This document shows positions 12,655 through 24,977 of a stretch of DNA of 64,000 nucleotides, in pieces. The notes beneath the pieces were generated by a model. The model did no database searches. It saw only the letters and a list, made by a program, of their open reading frames with translations, and was not told the origin of the DNA. Position 1 is the stretch's first letter. Every line of letters starts with the position of its first letter. A program made the position numbers and the translations under genes. Origin of the DNA: Paramecium tetraurelia (Eukaryota); contig CT868174.1 of assembly GCA_000165425.1 (NCBI GenBank), positions 310,001 through 374,000 of the forward strand. The letters are read 5' to 3'.

Positions 12655-15600
12655 ATGCAATAACAGAGAGTTATATTTGGTAATAAGCAGACTCTTTATA
12701 TCACTTCATAACCTTACTTTTAAGGCACTAAATATAAATTATTTTTGACCTCAGAATGCAATTATGTAGTCAAAGTATATGATGTTGGACAAGAAAAGGT
12801 AATTAATTATGTTCTAATTTTATATAGTATTTGAACACAGAGTTATAAGCTGTCCATCTCTTTAAGGATAATGGGTGTAGCAACATAGCAAGATCTTATG
12901 AAGGAGAATTATCACCAAATAAAAAAGTAATAGTTTTTGAAAAAGCTGAAGTCCTCCAAAATATTTTGAGGGATTCCTAATAAGGTTTAGCGGAACCTCA
13001 AGTCCTAAAAGTAAGCAGAAAAATAAGCGTAGATCTTATTAGATTTAAGCAAAGCATTGTAGAACTGTCATTCATTAGGCATAACACATCGAGATATTAG
13101 ACCAGAAAATATTTTAATTGGAGCTGATAAGCAAGCCAAATTATGGAATTTCTAACGTTGTTTTTTCTAAGTATTTGAAATTCTATTTAGCAATATGATC
13201 AAATACCTAATGAATATTTTGGAAGAATCAAAGAAGAAATTGAGATGAATACTTTTGAACATGTAAGAGCTCCAGAATAAAAAGATTTCTCTCAAAGATT
13301 CCCAATCACCACTAAAGTGGATATTTATGCTCTAGGCTAATTGATGTATTATATGATATTTAAGGTCCGTTATGATTAAAATCCTAATTGGGAAGGAAAG
13401 TATATATATATTTATATCAGTGCCTAATGGGGAGTTTATAGTTCCAAATTATAAAGTCTAATCAAATAAATGCTTATTATTAATCCAAAGGACAGAATAT
13501 CAGCTGATTAAATAGAAAAATACATAAATTCAATTCTTATTTAATACAAGTAAGGTTTAATATAATATATCATAGTGGATTGCCATAATAAATCCATTTA
13601 AGAAGTTAATCAACAAATGAGGTATTCAATAGAGATACAATTAATTAAAATACAGAAATAGAAAAGTGTCATTCATTTGAATTTAAGGATTTATAATAAC
13701 CATAATCTTCATTATCAACCAGATTAGTAAAATTAGTTAGTAAGGTGGCTTAAAAGACAGATTTTTGGGTTGCTGCATGCTTAGAAGAGGTTGATGCAGC
13801 TCCTTGTTAAAAATATTTCAGATTTCTTCATTGCAAAGCATGGTAAAAGAAGCAAAAAATTCCTAAATTTTATGAGAAGGTGTCAAATCGACTCTAATTA
13901 AACTCTGTAATAATAACATTTAAAGCTTTGTAATTAATACATAACTATGTGAAAAAAGGTCCTTAAGAAGCAATTGCAGTTTAAAATTAAGCATATTCCC
14001 CTAATGCTATTTTAGAGAGAATTAAGAATTTTTAAGAATAAAATTAAATGAAAAGCTCTAAAGATAAATTTAGGACATAGTTTTTTACAAATTTATTGTA
14101 TATGTATTCAATTGTGTTATTGGAAAAAGTGAAATTTCATTCATTCTATCTAAAATTTTTTGAAGGGAATTATGCTATGATCCCATTTTTCAATAGTATG
14201 AATGGTATTTAGAAGTAAAAAGTAAGTATAGCAATATTAAACAATATGATGTCTTTATGGAAACAATTATTGAATTTCACATCCAATATCTAATTTCAGG
14301 AATAGAATTTAATTAATTTATAATTGGGTCTGGCTATAACAATGGCTGATGAGTTATATAATATTCTCTGTACATTTACTCACATTTTTTATGCTTTAAA
14401 GTAAAGTACTAATTATATAAGTGGATAGCCCACTAATAACAGTGAAGTTAAATAAGCCTTTATTACATTGCAAGAGGATTATTAGAATAACTTTTAATAG
14501 ACTATTAATTTCTTTGCTGTCTGCAAAAGAATACCATAATTTTAATAGTTAATACCAGATCCTTCAAGGAATATAGTTGAAACTTTGAAGAATGTGCCAA
14601 TGTTTTAATCTAAAAGAGGTGACTTTAATATTACCGATTTCTTAAATTATTCCATGTCAATTGATGGAATTAAATTACCTTAAAGCTATGGAGAAATAAT
14701 GATCAATTAAGTAGTAGAATACGATGAAGAAGCTGTTGAATAGGAACCCAAATATTAAAAATCAAATTCATATCCAATAAAAGCAGTAGTGTCTTGTTAA
14801 GTTTAATAAGAAAAAGCAAACTAGTTTAATTTTGAATTTGAAGTAACACCAAATATTAATAAAAATATGAATTCTCAACAAAATATAATCTAAGAAGATC
14901 AAACAAATTAATTTATTTAGTAATAATAAGTCGTTGAGATTTAAAGAGAATCTATAAGTAACAAAAATTTAGAATTTAAGAAAAAGTAAACTAAATAATA
15001 ATAACAAGGAGAATACAAAGGTTTAGACTTTTCTGACGATGATGATGATGATGAATCTGAGCAATTACCCTAAAAGCCTACTGAATTATAATAAAAAAAT
15101 TTACGAGCCCCTTTATCTAATTAAAATATTCAATTAACACAAGAATTATTAAATGATGAAGGATTTTTGAATTGGAAACCAAATCAAGATAATAAAATTA
15201 AATCAAATGGACAGAGTTAAAGAATTCAATCAGCGAATTCTTAATCAAATAATATTTTTGAGTAATTCGATCTAAGTTAAAATTAGAAATAGATACTCTT
15301 TGATAATCCTGTTCTCCCATAATCTTCTTCCTTTTAAGTAGTTGATTATTTTAACAAACAAGGCAAAAGTATATAATTTTATAAAACTTAGATGTTTCTG
15401 AGTGGATGATTAACCATGATTAGTTAAAATTAGAAACACTTATTGGTACTGGAAGTAGTTGTACGGTTTATAAAGGCTATTTGAGAGGAGGAGAAGTGGC
15501 TATTAAAAAGATGAAAATTCAATAATTAAATGAAAACCATTTAAAGGAATTTAGAAGAGAAATCTCAGCTCTAGTGACGATAAAAAGGCATCAAAATTTA

Positions 15601-16308
15601 GTTCAGCTTTTGGGAATCTCATAAAAAGAAGATGAATTATATATTGTAACAGAATACTGCGCTGGGGGGACACTTTTTGATCTATTGCATAGAAAAAAGC
15701 ATTTAGAAATTAGTTGGTAATTAAGAATTAAAATGGCAATTTAAATAGCTGATGGGATGCTTCATTTGCATAAATTGAATCCTCCTTTAATACATAGAGA
15801 TCTTAAGAGTCTAAAGTAAGTATAATTATTATTGAGTAGTTTGTTGCTTGAATAGTCCTACGATTAAAATAGGATAAATATCAAGATTGCTGATTTCGGA
15901 TTAGCCCGGGTGTAAGCAGATAATGGTGAATAAATGACTGGTGTCTTAGGAACTTTTGTAATTTAATCATTTTACATTAGCATTGGATGGCTCCAGAAGT
16001 GTTTTAAAATGTTCCTTATACGATAAAAGCTGATGTCTATTCATATGCAGTAAAATAAACAGTTCTATGAAATTTAGATAGTGTTATGGGAAATATGTTG
16101 TAGAGAAACTCCATATAAACAATTATCCACTAATCCACCTGCTATCATGAAATTAGTTGCAGTAGATAATGGGAGACCAGATCTGAGTTTGATATAGGTT
16201 GGATGCCCTATATTTATGAAAGAGTTGATGATTAAATGTTGGGATAAAGATCCTACGAAACGCCCAACTTTTTAGGAAGTGTCATAGTACTTAAGGGGAT
16301 TTTAATGA
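12655..16308 (+). CDS. Dual-kinase-domain protein: NAK/AAK1-like (pseudo)kinase + Sla2/HIP1-type ANTH + C-terminal TKL kinase
   Basis: N-terminal domain: HRDIRPEN, AKLWNFQ, RAPE, PITTKVDIYALG. Middle: AACLEEVDAAPCQKYFR...FKALQLIHNYVKKGP...KVKFH..FEGNY. C-terminal domain: GTGSSCTVYKG, VAIKK, HRDLKSLN, DFG, HWMAPE. Several 22-29 nt introns. Stop TGA 16306-16308. Confidence 0.88.
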
Positions 16309-16423
16309 TTTGTCAATTTATTGTATGTAAGTGATTTAACGTGTTAATTCTGCAATTGTTTAAGATTCCTGACTGTATATAAATATCGAGTCAAAATATT
16401 CATTAATTGATTAATTTACATAT

Positions 16424-17890
16424 ATGCAAATTATTAAGGTCTTCATTAAATCTTATGATACACCATCAGGAATACTAAGTTCCAGATTTATTACTAAAAA
16501 TGGAAGGAAGATTACACTAATCCTATCTGATTCCAAATTGTATCGAATTGTAAACTTTAAAAATACTTAAGTCTGACAAAGGTTTAAAAATGACTTCTCT
16601 AAGTAGTCATCTACGCTTTCAAATCAAGCCAAACAAATTGCAGAACTATCTTATTTTAGAGACCGACTTTTTACCTAAGCCAATAGAGTATTAGTTTATG
16701 GATTAACCAGGGATGTGGGAGATCTTTCTAAAATAGAAATTACCACTTATGGATTATTAGAAATATTATGAAATTGAAAAATTAATAGGTAGTGGTGGTT
16801 TTGCTAGCGTTTACATTGGAAAATCAAAGGCTGATGGTACCAAAGTAGCAATTAAGGCTTTCCTTAAAAAAATGCTTATGTTATCAGATCCAATTTAATG
16901 GAGGGTAATATTTCATTTAATACTAGTAATAAATTGACAATGAAGTGAAAGTCATGAAGTATATGAATCATTAAAATATATTGAAATTGTATGATGTTTT
17001 TGAAAACAAGGCCCAAATTTACTTAATCACATAATTATGCAGAGGTGGCAACCTTGAACAAGCAATCAAAAAACTTGAAGAACCTTTGCCATTTTTAACT
17101 GTGAAAGTGATTTTTCGACAAATTGTAGAAGGAATCAAATATATGCATGATATAGGTACAATAAAATAGATTGAGAGGTTTGATGCATAGAGACATAAAA
17201 CCAGGGAATATCCTTTTTAGAAAGCCTGTTTCCCTTAAATAATTCGGGCTATCAGTTTAAGATGGTCCTTTGATTAGTGATTTTGGAGTATCCTCTCTGA
17301 TCTAGAAATAACTTAATGTTTATTAATTTTGTGGGTCCTATGGGTATATGGCGCCAGAGATCTTCGCTTGTGAGGACGACAAATAGAAGTCGTATAATGA
17401 GAAATGTGATGTTTTCAGTTTAGGCTGCCTACTTTATGAATTGTAAAATAATTTATGTAATTAGAACTACTAATAAACCACTTTTTTCAGGAAATAATAT
17501 AAAATTATTAAATAAAGAATGCAATATAAATACAAATAAATTGTTAGAAGAATGCTATGGAAATAAATAATGTAATTATATTCATAACCCATTCTAGTAA
17601 TAAGTCTTTTAATAAAAATGTTGAATCCAAATCCAGAGTAAAGGATTGCTTGTTCTGAAGTGTTAAGCCATCCAGTTATGCAAGTGGAATATGATGAATA
17701 AGGATGCCCATTATTCAAAGATTATAAAAAACCGGTTATTTTGTCAATACAAAAGCCAAGGCAGCAGATGAAATCCAAAAGCAGCGCTATTTTGCCATAC
17801 ACTTCTAGAAGGAATGAAACTCAGTCATTCAAAAGACTATCTTAAGTACTACCACCAATAAAAAGATTAAGCACAGAAATGCATAATTGA
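16424..17890 (+). CDS. CAMK-group Ser/Thr protein kinase with N-terminal PH-like extension
   Basis: GSGGFASVY, VAIK, HRDIKPGN, ISDFG, CGSYGYMAPE, KCDVFSLG. Tiny introns. TGA 17888-17890. Confidence 0.88.
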
Positions 17891-18191
17891 TGATGGAATA
17901 TTTTAATGTACCTCATTATCAATATTATTCTTATTTTGCTTTCTTTTTGTTAATCACATTTCTAACCCCTTGATTGTTTTATTAATAAAAAGTTCTTTAA
18001 AAGCGAAGGACCTTTTTAGCAAATTGTTGATAGCACAAATTCTGTTGCTAAAAAGACTATTCCATCTACAGATTTGTATTTGTTTTGATTAATGATTCCT
18101 GTTCCAATCATATTTTAGTCATATTCTTGAGCAATGGCTATTATTAATTCAGCCAATATCAAACATTTTATATTTAAATAAGTAATATATT

Positions 18192-18978
18192 TCATTTGTA
18201 TTATTATTATTATTATTTTTAGACCCTCTAAGATTTTATCTCATTTAGAAAGGCATCCATTTACTATTATTGATTTGGCACTGCCTTTGGATATGATACG
18301 GTTTACTATTAGTATTATTGTTGTTCATAAAATTATTATTAAACTCCATAATTCTGGAACTGCGGATTATTAATTGAACCTCCAACCTAGTTTCCAAAAG
18401 GTAAGCCCACTTGTTATTATTAAGTATTATTTATTAAGGCTTATGCTTAGGCAGCTTAAAAAGGAGAAAAAGGAACTTGTTGAATTGGAATCTAGGTAGG
18501 ATTTCTTTATTGTGGATTATACTGCTATTTATTCAAACCTCTATAGGGATCCTATTAAGCAACTGGGCTCAATCTGTAGTCGAATTGATCCTATGGTCTC
18601 TTAAAAGGATCTTAAATTTCTCCCCTCGAAGGTGGTCTTTAGGGTAATTAGGTTATTTGTGGAGGTTAGACTGACTATTAGGAAAATACTTGGTATTGAT
18701 CTTAAATATCCAATTTATTGGCTGAACTTGATCGAACAACAGGGGGTTTTTAATATTATGATTATTGTTTGTATAAGAATTCTTATTTGGGTATCTGCTA
18801 TCTCTACAATTCAGGAGGAAAATTGTTATTTGCAAATTATTCAAATTAATCGTAATATCTATATTTCTATTTTTAATTACCTTTGTTCATAAGATCTCAT
18901 TACCGCCATAAAATCTTCTTTTCTATCATATTTTCTTAATTCATCTACAAAGTCATCTACTCTTAACGGTTGAGACAT
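18192..18978 (-). CDS. Gln/Pro-rich low-complexity hypothetical protein
   Basis: MSQPLRVDDFVDELRKYD..., one 22-nt intron near 18880, ends MDAFLNEIKSQRVQKQQQQQYK-TGA. The Gln run is encoded by (TAA)n. Confidence 0.7.
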
Positions 18979-19434
18979 ATATTTATATTAATTATTTTAT
19001 TATTTAAATACTTAAGTCATAATCGCTTTTGCTTTTCTCAAAATTTATAAATATTGTACTGTATTTTAAATCCAAGTTTGGTATTGTCATCTATATCAAG
19101 ATAAAGTATAAAATTTAAAAAAAGTTTCCCATCAAATTTGCATGTTTGATTTATTATTATTATTAAATCTGAAATTCTAAATTGCTATGGCTGATATAGG
19201 ATTTTGATAAACATCATAAATTGAAATATATCTAAAACTATATTCTCTTCTAATTCTAAAATCAATATATCTAAATAAATTTTTTGGGGTTATGAGATGA
19301 AGAAGATAACAATATTACATTTAGGTTTCACATTTTTAATTGACTGCAACAAGAAAAATTAGACAACTTTAATACTGTTTGACTAATGAATATTATATCA
19401 TAATATTTTAATGAATATTATATAATAATATTGT

Positions 19435-20897
19435 TCAATTGAATAAAGTTGCCATTCCACTGTCTTGTTAATTCGTATCTAATGCACTACACTCTTCTTC
19501 ACACTATTTGTAAAGTTCAATTAAAAAGCAATGTAATTAAAAAACAACATTAGATACCTCAAACACAATCAACTCCACAAGGGCTAATATAAAACCTATC
19601 CAAAACAAAAAACTATATTCTTATGGTTAGTAAAATAAGCCATATGAAGCAATTAGTAGATACCCAATTATTCCAATTAGATTAATCAACAAAATATAAT
19701 TCAAATAGTCATACCATTATGTTTTCATCTTTGCATTATATTCTCTTTCATATCTATCCAAATTTGGTTAGATAGCATCATCAAAATACTTTTCTAAAGT
19801 TTATTCATATTGCTATCTATATTTTTATTGGTATATTTCTTTTATTTATTCAGTAGGCTCTACAGGTTTTAAAATTTTTTTTTTTAAGAGGTTCAAAGTT
19901 TTCGACCATGCAATTCCACTTGAATGCAATGTTGGCAATCTCAATTTTAACTCCAACCATACTTTGCTATACAATTTATCAAAAATTATTAAAAATATTA
20001 CACACTTCTATAGCAAATAATAACTAACCACACTCAAACTATAAAATCTATAATATATTTGCAGATTGCATGCAAATATAAGTATAGAATATAAAACCAT
20101 CATTAATATTGTTGTAACTACAAATCTAACAAAGCTTGGTTTAATGAAATTCCATCCAGATGATTCTTTTTTATTTAATCTGCTTAGAATTAGCACTGTG
20201 AAACCCACTAACCCTTAAGTTATGGATTCAGTTATAATCCAAAAAACAATTGAAACTATCATATATGACTCTTGATGAATTGGTTAAAAATAAAGGCAAT
20301 TGCATTCTTCTCTTTAATAGTTAAATCCTCTCCAGTTAGTTTAAATAGGCTTACCACATGACATATTTCCTTAATTATAAATATCAATATAACAAGTGAT
20401 TTCAGACTAATTCATCACATTTGAGTATAGAATTGTACCTTTAAATAACAAGAAATCTCTCTAAGCGATATATTAATTATTACTAAAGCACAAATAATCT
20501 CTGCATATAATGAAACACTTATGGTCCACTTGTAGCAATCAAGTTCGAATTATTTCTCATCTGTGAACTTTTTTTAAGACTGTTCAAAAATATCTTTCAT
20601 CTTTTGCCTAACATAAAACACAACAGAAATGACCATAAATATTCTTAGAATAGAATAGGCATAGCAAACGGGTAAGAAAACTTCATTTACATTGGCTTGA
20701 TTTGTGGCAATTTCTGCCTAATATAGCGGATTTTTTATATTGTATTCAAAATCTGAAAAAGTGAAGAGTCTTGACATCTGTTAAGTAAATTCACAATATT
20801 TGGAATTGGACTTAAAATCAAGGCCCCATAATTGACTTGATTTAGGAGCAGTTTAAGTCAAAATTTCACCTATCGTCATACAGCTAATATTTTTCAT
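19435..20897 (-). CDS. Polytopic membrane protein (~480 aa), unknown family
   Basis: Frame traced intact with one 23-nt intron (gtaataattaatatatcgcttag, ~20461-20483). Several hydrophobic segments, e.g. FVRFVVTTILMMVLYSILIFA, ILLINLIGIIGYLLIASYGLF, FLFWIGFILALVELIVF. Confidence 0.75.
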
Positions 20898-21930
20898 TAT
20901 AAAAAATACTAAAAAAAATATATTTATAATGTAATCAATGATTCAATGCATTAGAATTAACAAAATTAAATGATTTACCTAATAGAATTCAAGAATTTAT
21001 TTGAAGAGAAATCCCAAATACCTGATTTTATCTTTATGTATCTGGCTTCATATGAGAAGCCCATTTATCTGAAAATCAATCCAATTCCAATATCTAAATA
21101 ATATTTATTAGAAATTATAGAAACAATTTGATTATAAATAAATGGTTTTGGGAGTAAATTCAATGAATTCAATTTATTTCCACTTTTTCTAAAATTCATC
21201 AATCTTATATCTAATTTTGCAATTAATTTAATTTGATTGAATTATGTTATTAATCTAAATGCCAATTATCTCCTGAGGTTTGTACTTTATTTCCAAGATT
21301 TTCTGATAATCTTTTTAAGAATATATGCTTATATTAAATAAAAGTAGGGATTTTGGTGGACCTAAGGAACTTAGTTTATGTAATGACAATTTTCTTAAAA
21401 TATGGGTGGATAGATGTATTTCTAAAGCCCACTGTGTGTGGTTTATCAGAACCTTATTTTTCCTTAGGTAAGATTTATAAATCGAATCAAACTATATATT
21501 CGCTAAACTCTCATTGATGTTAATTCTCTGAAAAAATTTACAAAGTTTTGTCCCTTGTAAGTAGAAGCATTCATTATATTTTTTGATTAAATTGACAAAG
21601 ATGAAATTTAAATTTATTCCTAAATTTTTAGGAAATCCAAAAAAAAGAAATATATATCCCATAATAGAAATATTTTAGACAAATTATTTTGTAATATAAT
21701 TGCGTGAAGTGCAAATTTTACTAAAATATAGTATAGCAATATTAATAAAATTTTGTGTTAATTATATGTTGTAACATCCAATTTTAAAATTAACACCAAA
21801 TAGTGATCTTCTAATACTTTTGTAGTTTCTCTTTTTTATTTTTTATTTAAATATATCCAAGATGTTTATAATGTAAAATTTCACTCAAAAAAAGAACGAA
21901 ATTAAAAATTTAATAAAAAAAAATACATTT

Positions 21931-23801
21931 TCAAATGGTTACTTAGATACCATACTTTTTAATTTCTTCTATCTTCTTTTTTGACTTAGCTTAAGTGATG
22001 CTGACATTGCCATTCAAATACAATTATTTGCATTCGAAATTCTTTTTAGATTTGGCTGCATATAAAATATAATCTAATGCTTTTTCAGTTAATGTGTTGG
22101 ATTGTAAATGCAATGCTGTAACACTTAAATATAATTAACCTCAATACCTAGATGTTTCAATAACAGAGAGTAACTTAGCAAACAGTTCATCAGTTATTTT
22201 ACACTTGCTCATTTTTAAGACTTTGACAATTTTTTTATTTATTAGAGCTTCATCGATAGCTTAAATCAATAAGTCATTCATTTCTAAAATAGTTTGATTT
22301 TTACCTAGAGTGGAGAAATCAATCATTTCAAATTTTTCGAACATTGCAAGAGTATTAATAATTTTATCATTTAATTTAGGATCCTTACTAAATTTTTAGA
22401 CTTTAACCAATTTGGATTATGACTATTTATTTCTATTGGTGTTTGGCGCAGAAACTTCTGAAGGTTCAGTTTATAACATTGTTACACTTCTGTCTTTTCT
22501 TTAGAATTATCCTGGGGTTTAAGTTTGGCTGAAATAATTAGTTTTACTGACATTATATTGAGGAGAAGCAGGTTATGTTGGTTATTAGGAAATATAAGTT
22601 GATTATGTCAATTTTTCATCTTTTATTTCTGGAAATATGATGTCGGAATCTGTTAATTTATCATCTTTATCTAATAATAGTTAATCGAGTTGTTTATTTT
22701 CTTGAGGGAATTGATTTCTAATGTTTTCAATTGGAACATAGAATTATTAGTGATCAGCAATTAACTTGACTTGAGAATCGATTTAAGAAAATTAGAATTG
22801 CATTTTGTTAATTAATTAAGAACCTTATTCTTTGCTGTTACCCAATTCTTTGCTGTTACCTAATTCTTTTACATCCTTTTTTAACTTTTGATTTTGACAT
22901 TTCTCATCAAAAAAATCTTTTAATTGATTACCTGTATTTGAAAGCCATTTCTCTGCTTGATTTTTGAGTTAAATAAATTCTTACTCAATTTTTTTTTTAT
23001 TATCATCATATTAGATATTGTAATTATTTACAATTCTGGATTTCAATTCCTCTTTTATTAAATTTAATTCATTAAATAATTCATTAAACTTCATATCTAT
23101 AGATTATAATTTGGCTTCCTTTGATTAGAGAAGTTTAGTTTCGAATTCCTTTTCATATTCCTTTTATTCAATTTTTGTGCTCATCCCTTTTACAACTTCA
23201 TACATTGTAGTAATATCATTAAATTTTTATTCCATCTCCTTAACATATTAGTCTATAGGCGTATAATTGTGAAACTTATGATTTCCAAATAAAGCACAAT
23301 TAACACAAATGTATTCTCCATCTTCTTAACATACTAATTCTAATGGTTTTGAATGAATAGAACATTATTCACCTTAAATTTCTTTTTATGGTAATTATTC
23401 ACATGAATGTGATTAAGACATGTTCTTGTTGAGTTGAATGTGTTATTGCATATCACTTGAAAATTCGCTAACATCTTCAGTTGATAACCGAGGAATTTAA
23501 TCTTCTGGAGTTACATACGTATGGCATCTATGAACATTATTTCTCTTCTTTTTCAATAACACAATAATGCTCTGATTAATAGGAAAGAATTTGAACTCTC
23601 TTTCAACTTGACATTCGATGCTTAATTTATTTGTGATTGAATTTACTTGTCCTCATTGCAAACTAACTTCAATTGCGATTACAAATATTGGGTCACACAT
23701 AATTAGCATATTGAATGGCCACAGGATGGAAGAACATGAGGACTTTTATCCTGCAAATTAAACTCTTGTTAACATTAACAACATTAAAATTCTTTATCCA
23801 T
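21931..23801 (-). CDS. RING finger + B-box + coiled-coil + C-terminal LRR-like protein (TRIM-like architecture, putative E3 ligase)
   Basis: CCQC..PHVLPSCGHSICQLC..VC (RING); CSIHSKPLELVCQEDGEYICVNCALFGNHKFH (B-box); Q/K/E-rich helix; VKVLKMSKCKITD, ALHLQSNTLTE (LRR-like). Confidence 0.82.
22826..22870 (-). repeat. 18-nt tandem duplication within CDS (KELGNS x ~2.5)
   Basis: The plus-strand core attctttgctgttacc occurs twice at 18-nt spacing, followed by a partial third copy. Confidence 0.7.
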
Positions 23802-23807
23802 ATAAAA

Positions 23808-24720
23808 TCAATTTATTCTAAAGAGATTATTTTTGCTGATTGCTATTTTTTCGGCAGGAATTCTCCTTATCTCTTCCTTTTTTGCACTCATAGATCGGTT
23901 CTTACTCTGAGTGACTTTTAGTTTCATCAAAAATTATTCTTCTGCCTCTTCTAATTCTGTTACTCTCATTTGTCTTTCTTGAAATTGCTATGCTTCCTTT
24001 ATTATCTTCTATTTATAATTATATGATCCTTCTTATTGTTTCTAATATCAAGATTCGTAATACCAATTGTAATTAGATGATTTTGTCTTATTGATGTTGA
24101 AGATGAGCCTATCTGATCTGTTTGTGAGATTTGCAATTAGTCCCATAAATTTCATTCCAAGTTTACAATTTTGCTTGAGATAAATTCGATTTATATTCTT
24201 TATTTAAGAAAGAATGAGTTTCAGAGTATATTTATTTCTCTATCAAATACATTTATAACTTACAGTTTTCAACATTCTAGCTCCGTTTTATTCTCTCCAT
24301 TTTTGACAAATTAGCTCTTTGTGAATATTCTTGAAGTTTCTTTTATCTGATCTCATCCAGGAATTGCTAATCATATAAATGAGTTTTTAGATAAGTACCT
24401 TCCTCATCTAGTCCTCATTGACTCTAGATTTAGTAGAAATTATTGATTAAATTTCATTACTTGTTCTAGATATATTCCTCTAGCAATTAAAATCTTAATG
24501 TTGGATATGATTCAGTCGAGACTTCAGCAATCTGATGTTATCATTCTGCTATCGGTTTATTTTCCGAACTTAGTTGAGTTTCATATCCAGTAGCTCTCTC
24601 ATACAATTGATTTAACTATTACCCTGCATCGTTATAGTTTATGTTTTACGATGGAGACTAGGTCGCGCTTGTAGTCATATTACCCTAAGAATAAAGGATT
24701 CGGTTTAATTTTTGGTTCAT
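23808..24720 (-). CDS. Coiled-coil hypothetical protein
   Basis: MNQKLNRILYSQG..., three tiny introns, K/E/Q/R-rich heptad-like sequence, ends ISKNNLFRIN-TGA at 23808-23810. Confidence 0.72.
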
Positions 24721-24977
24721 TATATAAATATTTATATTATTAACTCTTTGTCCTCTGTAAAAATTATCTCTCCAATAATTCATCTTTTTTTTATGTCTTG
24801 AATCGCTTCAGCTATACAAAATAAGAAAATTCGGCATTTTTTATAAGTTAGTTTTATTATTTTTTATTGTTCATATTTTTCATTATAATATTACAATAAT
24901 TTATAAATTAGAATTGAAATTCTCTTTTCCTACTATTTATGTAAAGATAAAATATGCTTTATCATAATAACAATCAA

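Noticed and set aside
19435..20897. Initially read as a frameshifted pseudogene
   Set aside because: Codon-by-codon tracing shows one 23-nt GT..AG intron restores a fully open frame.
24730..24900. Tiny minus-strand ORF between the tRNA isopentenyltransferase and coiled-coil genes
   Set aside because: It is interrupted by TGA after ~25 codons and has no recognisable motif.
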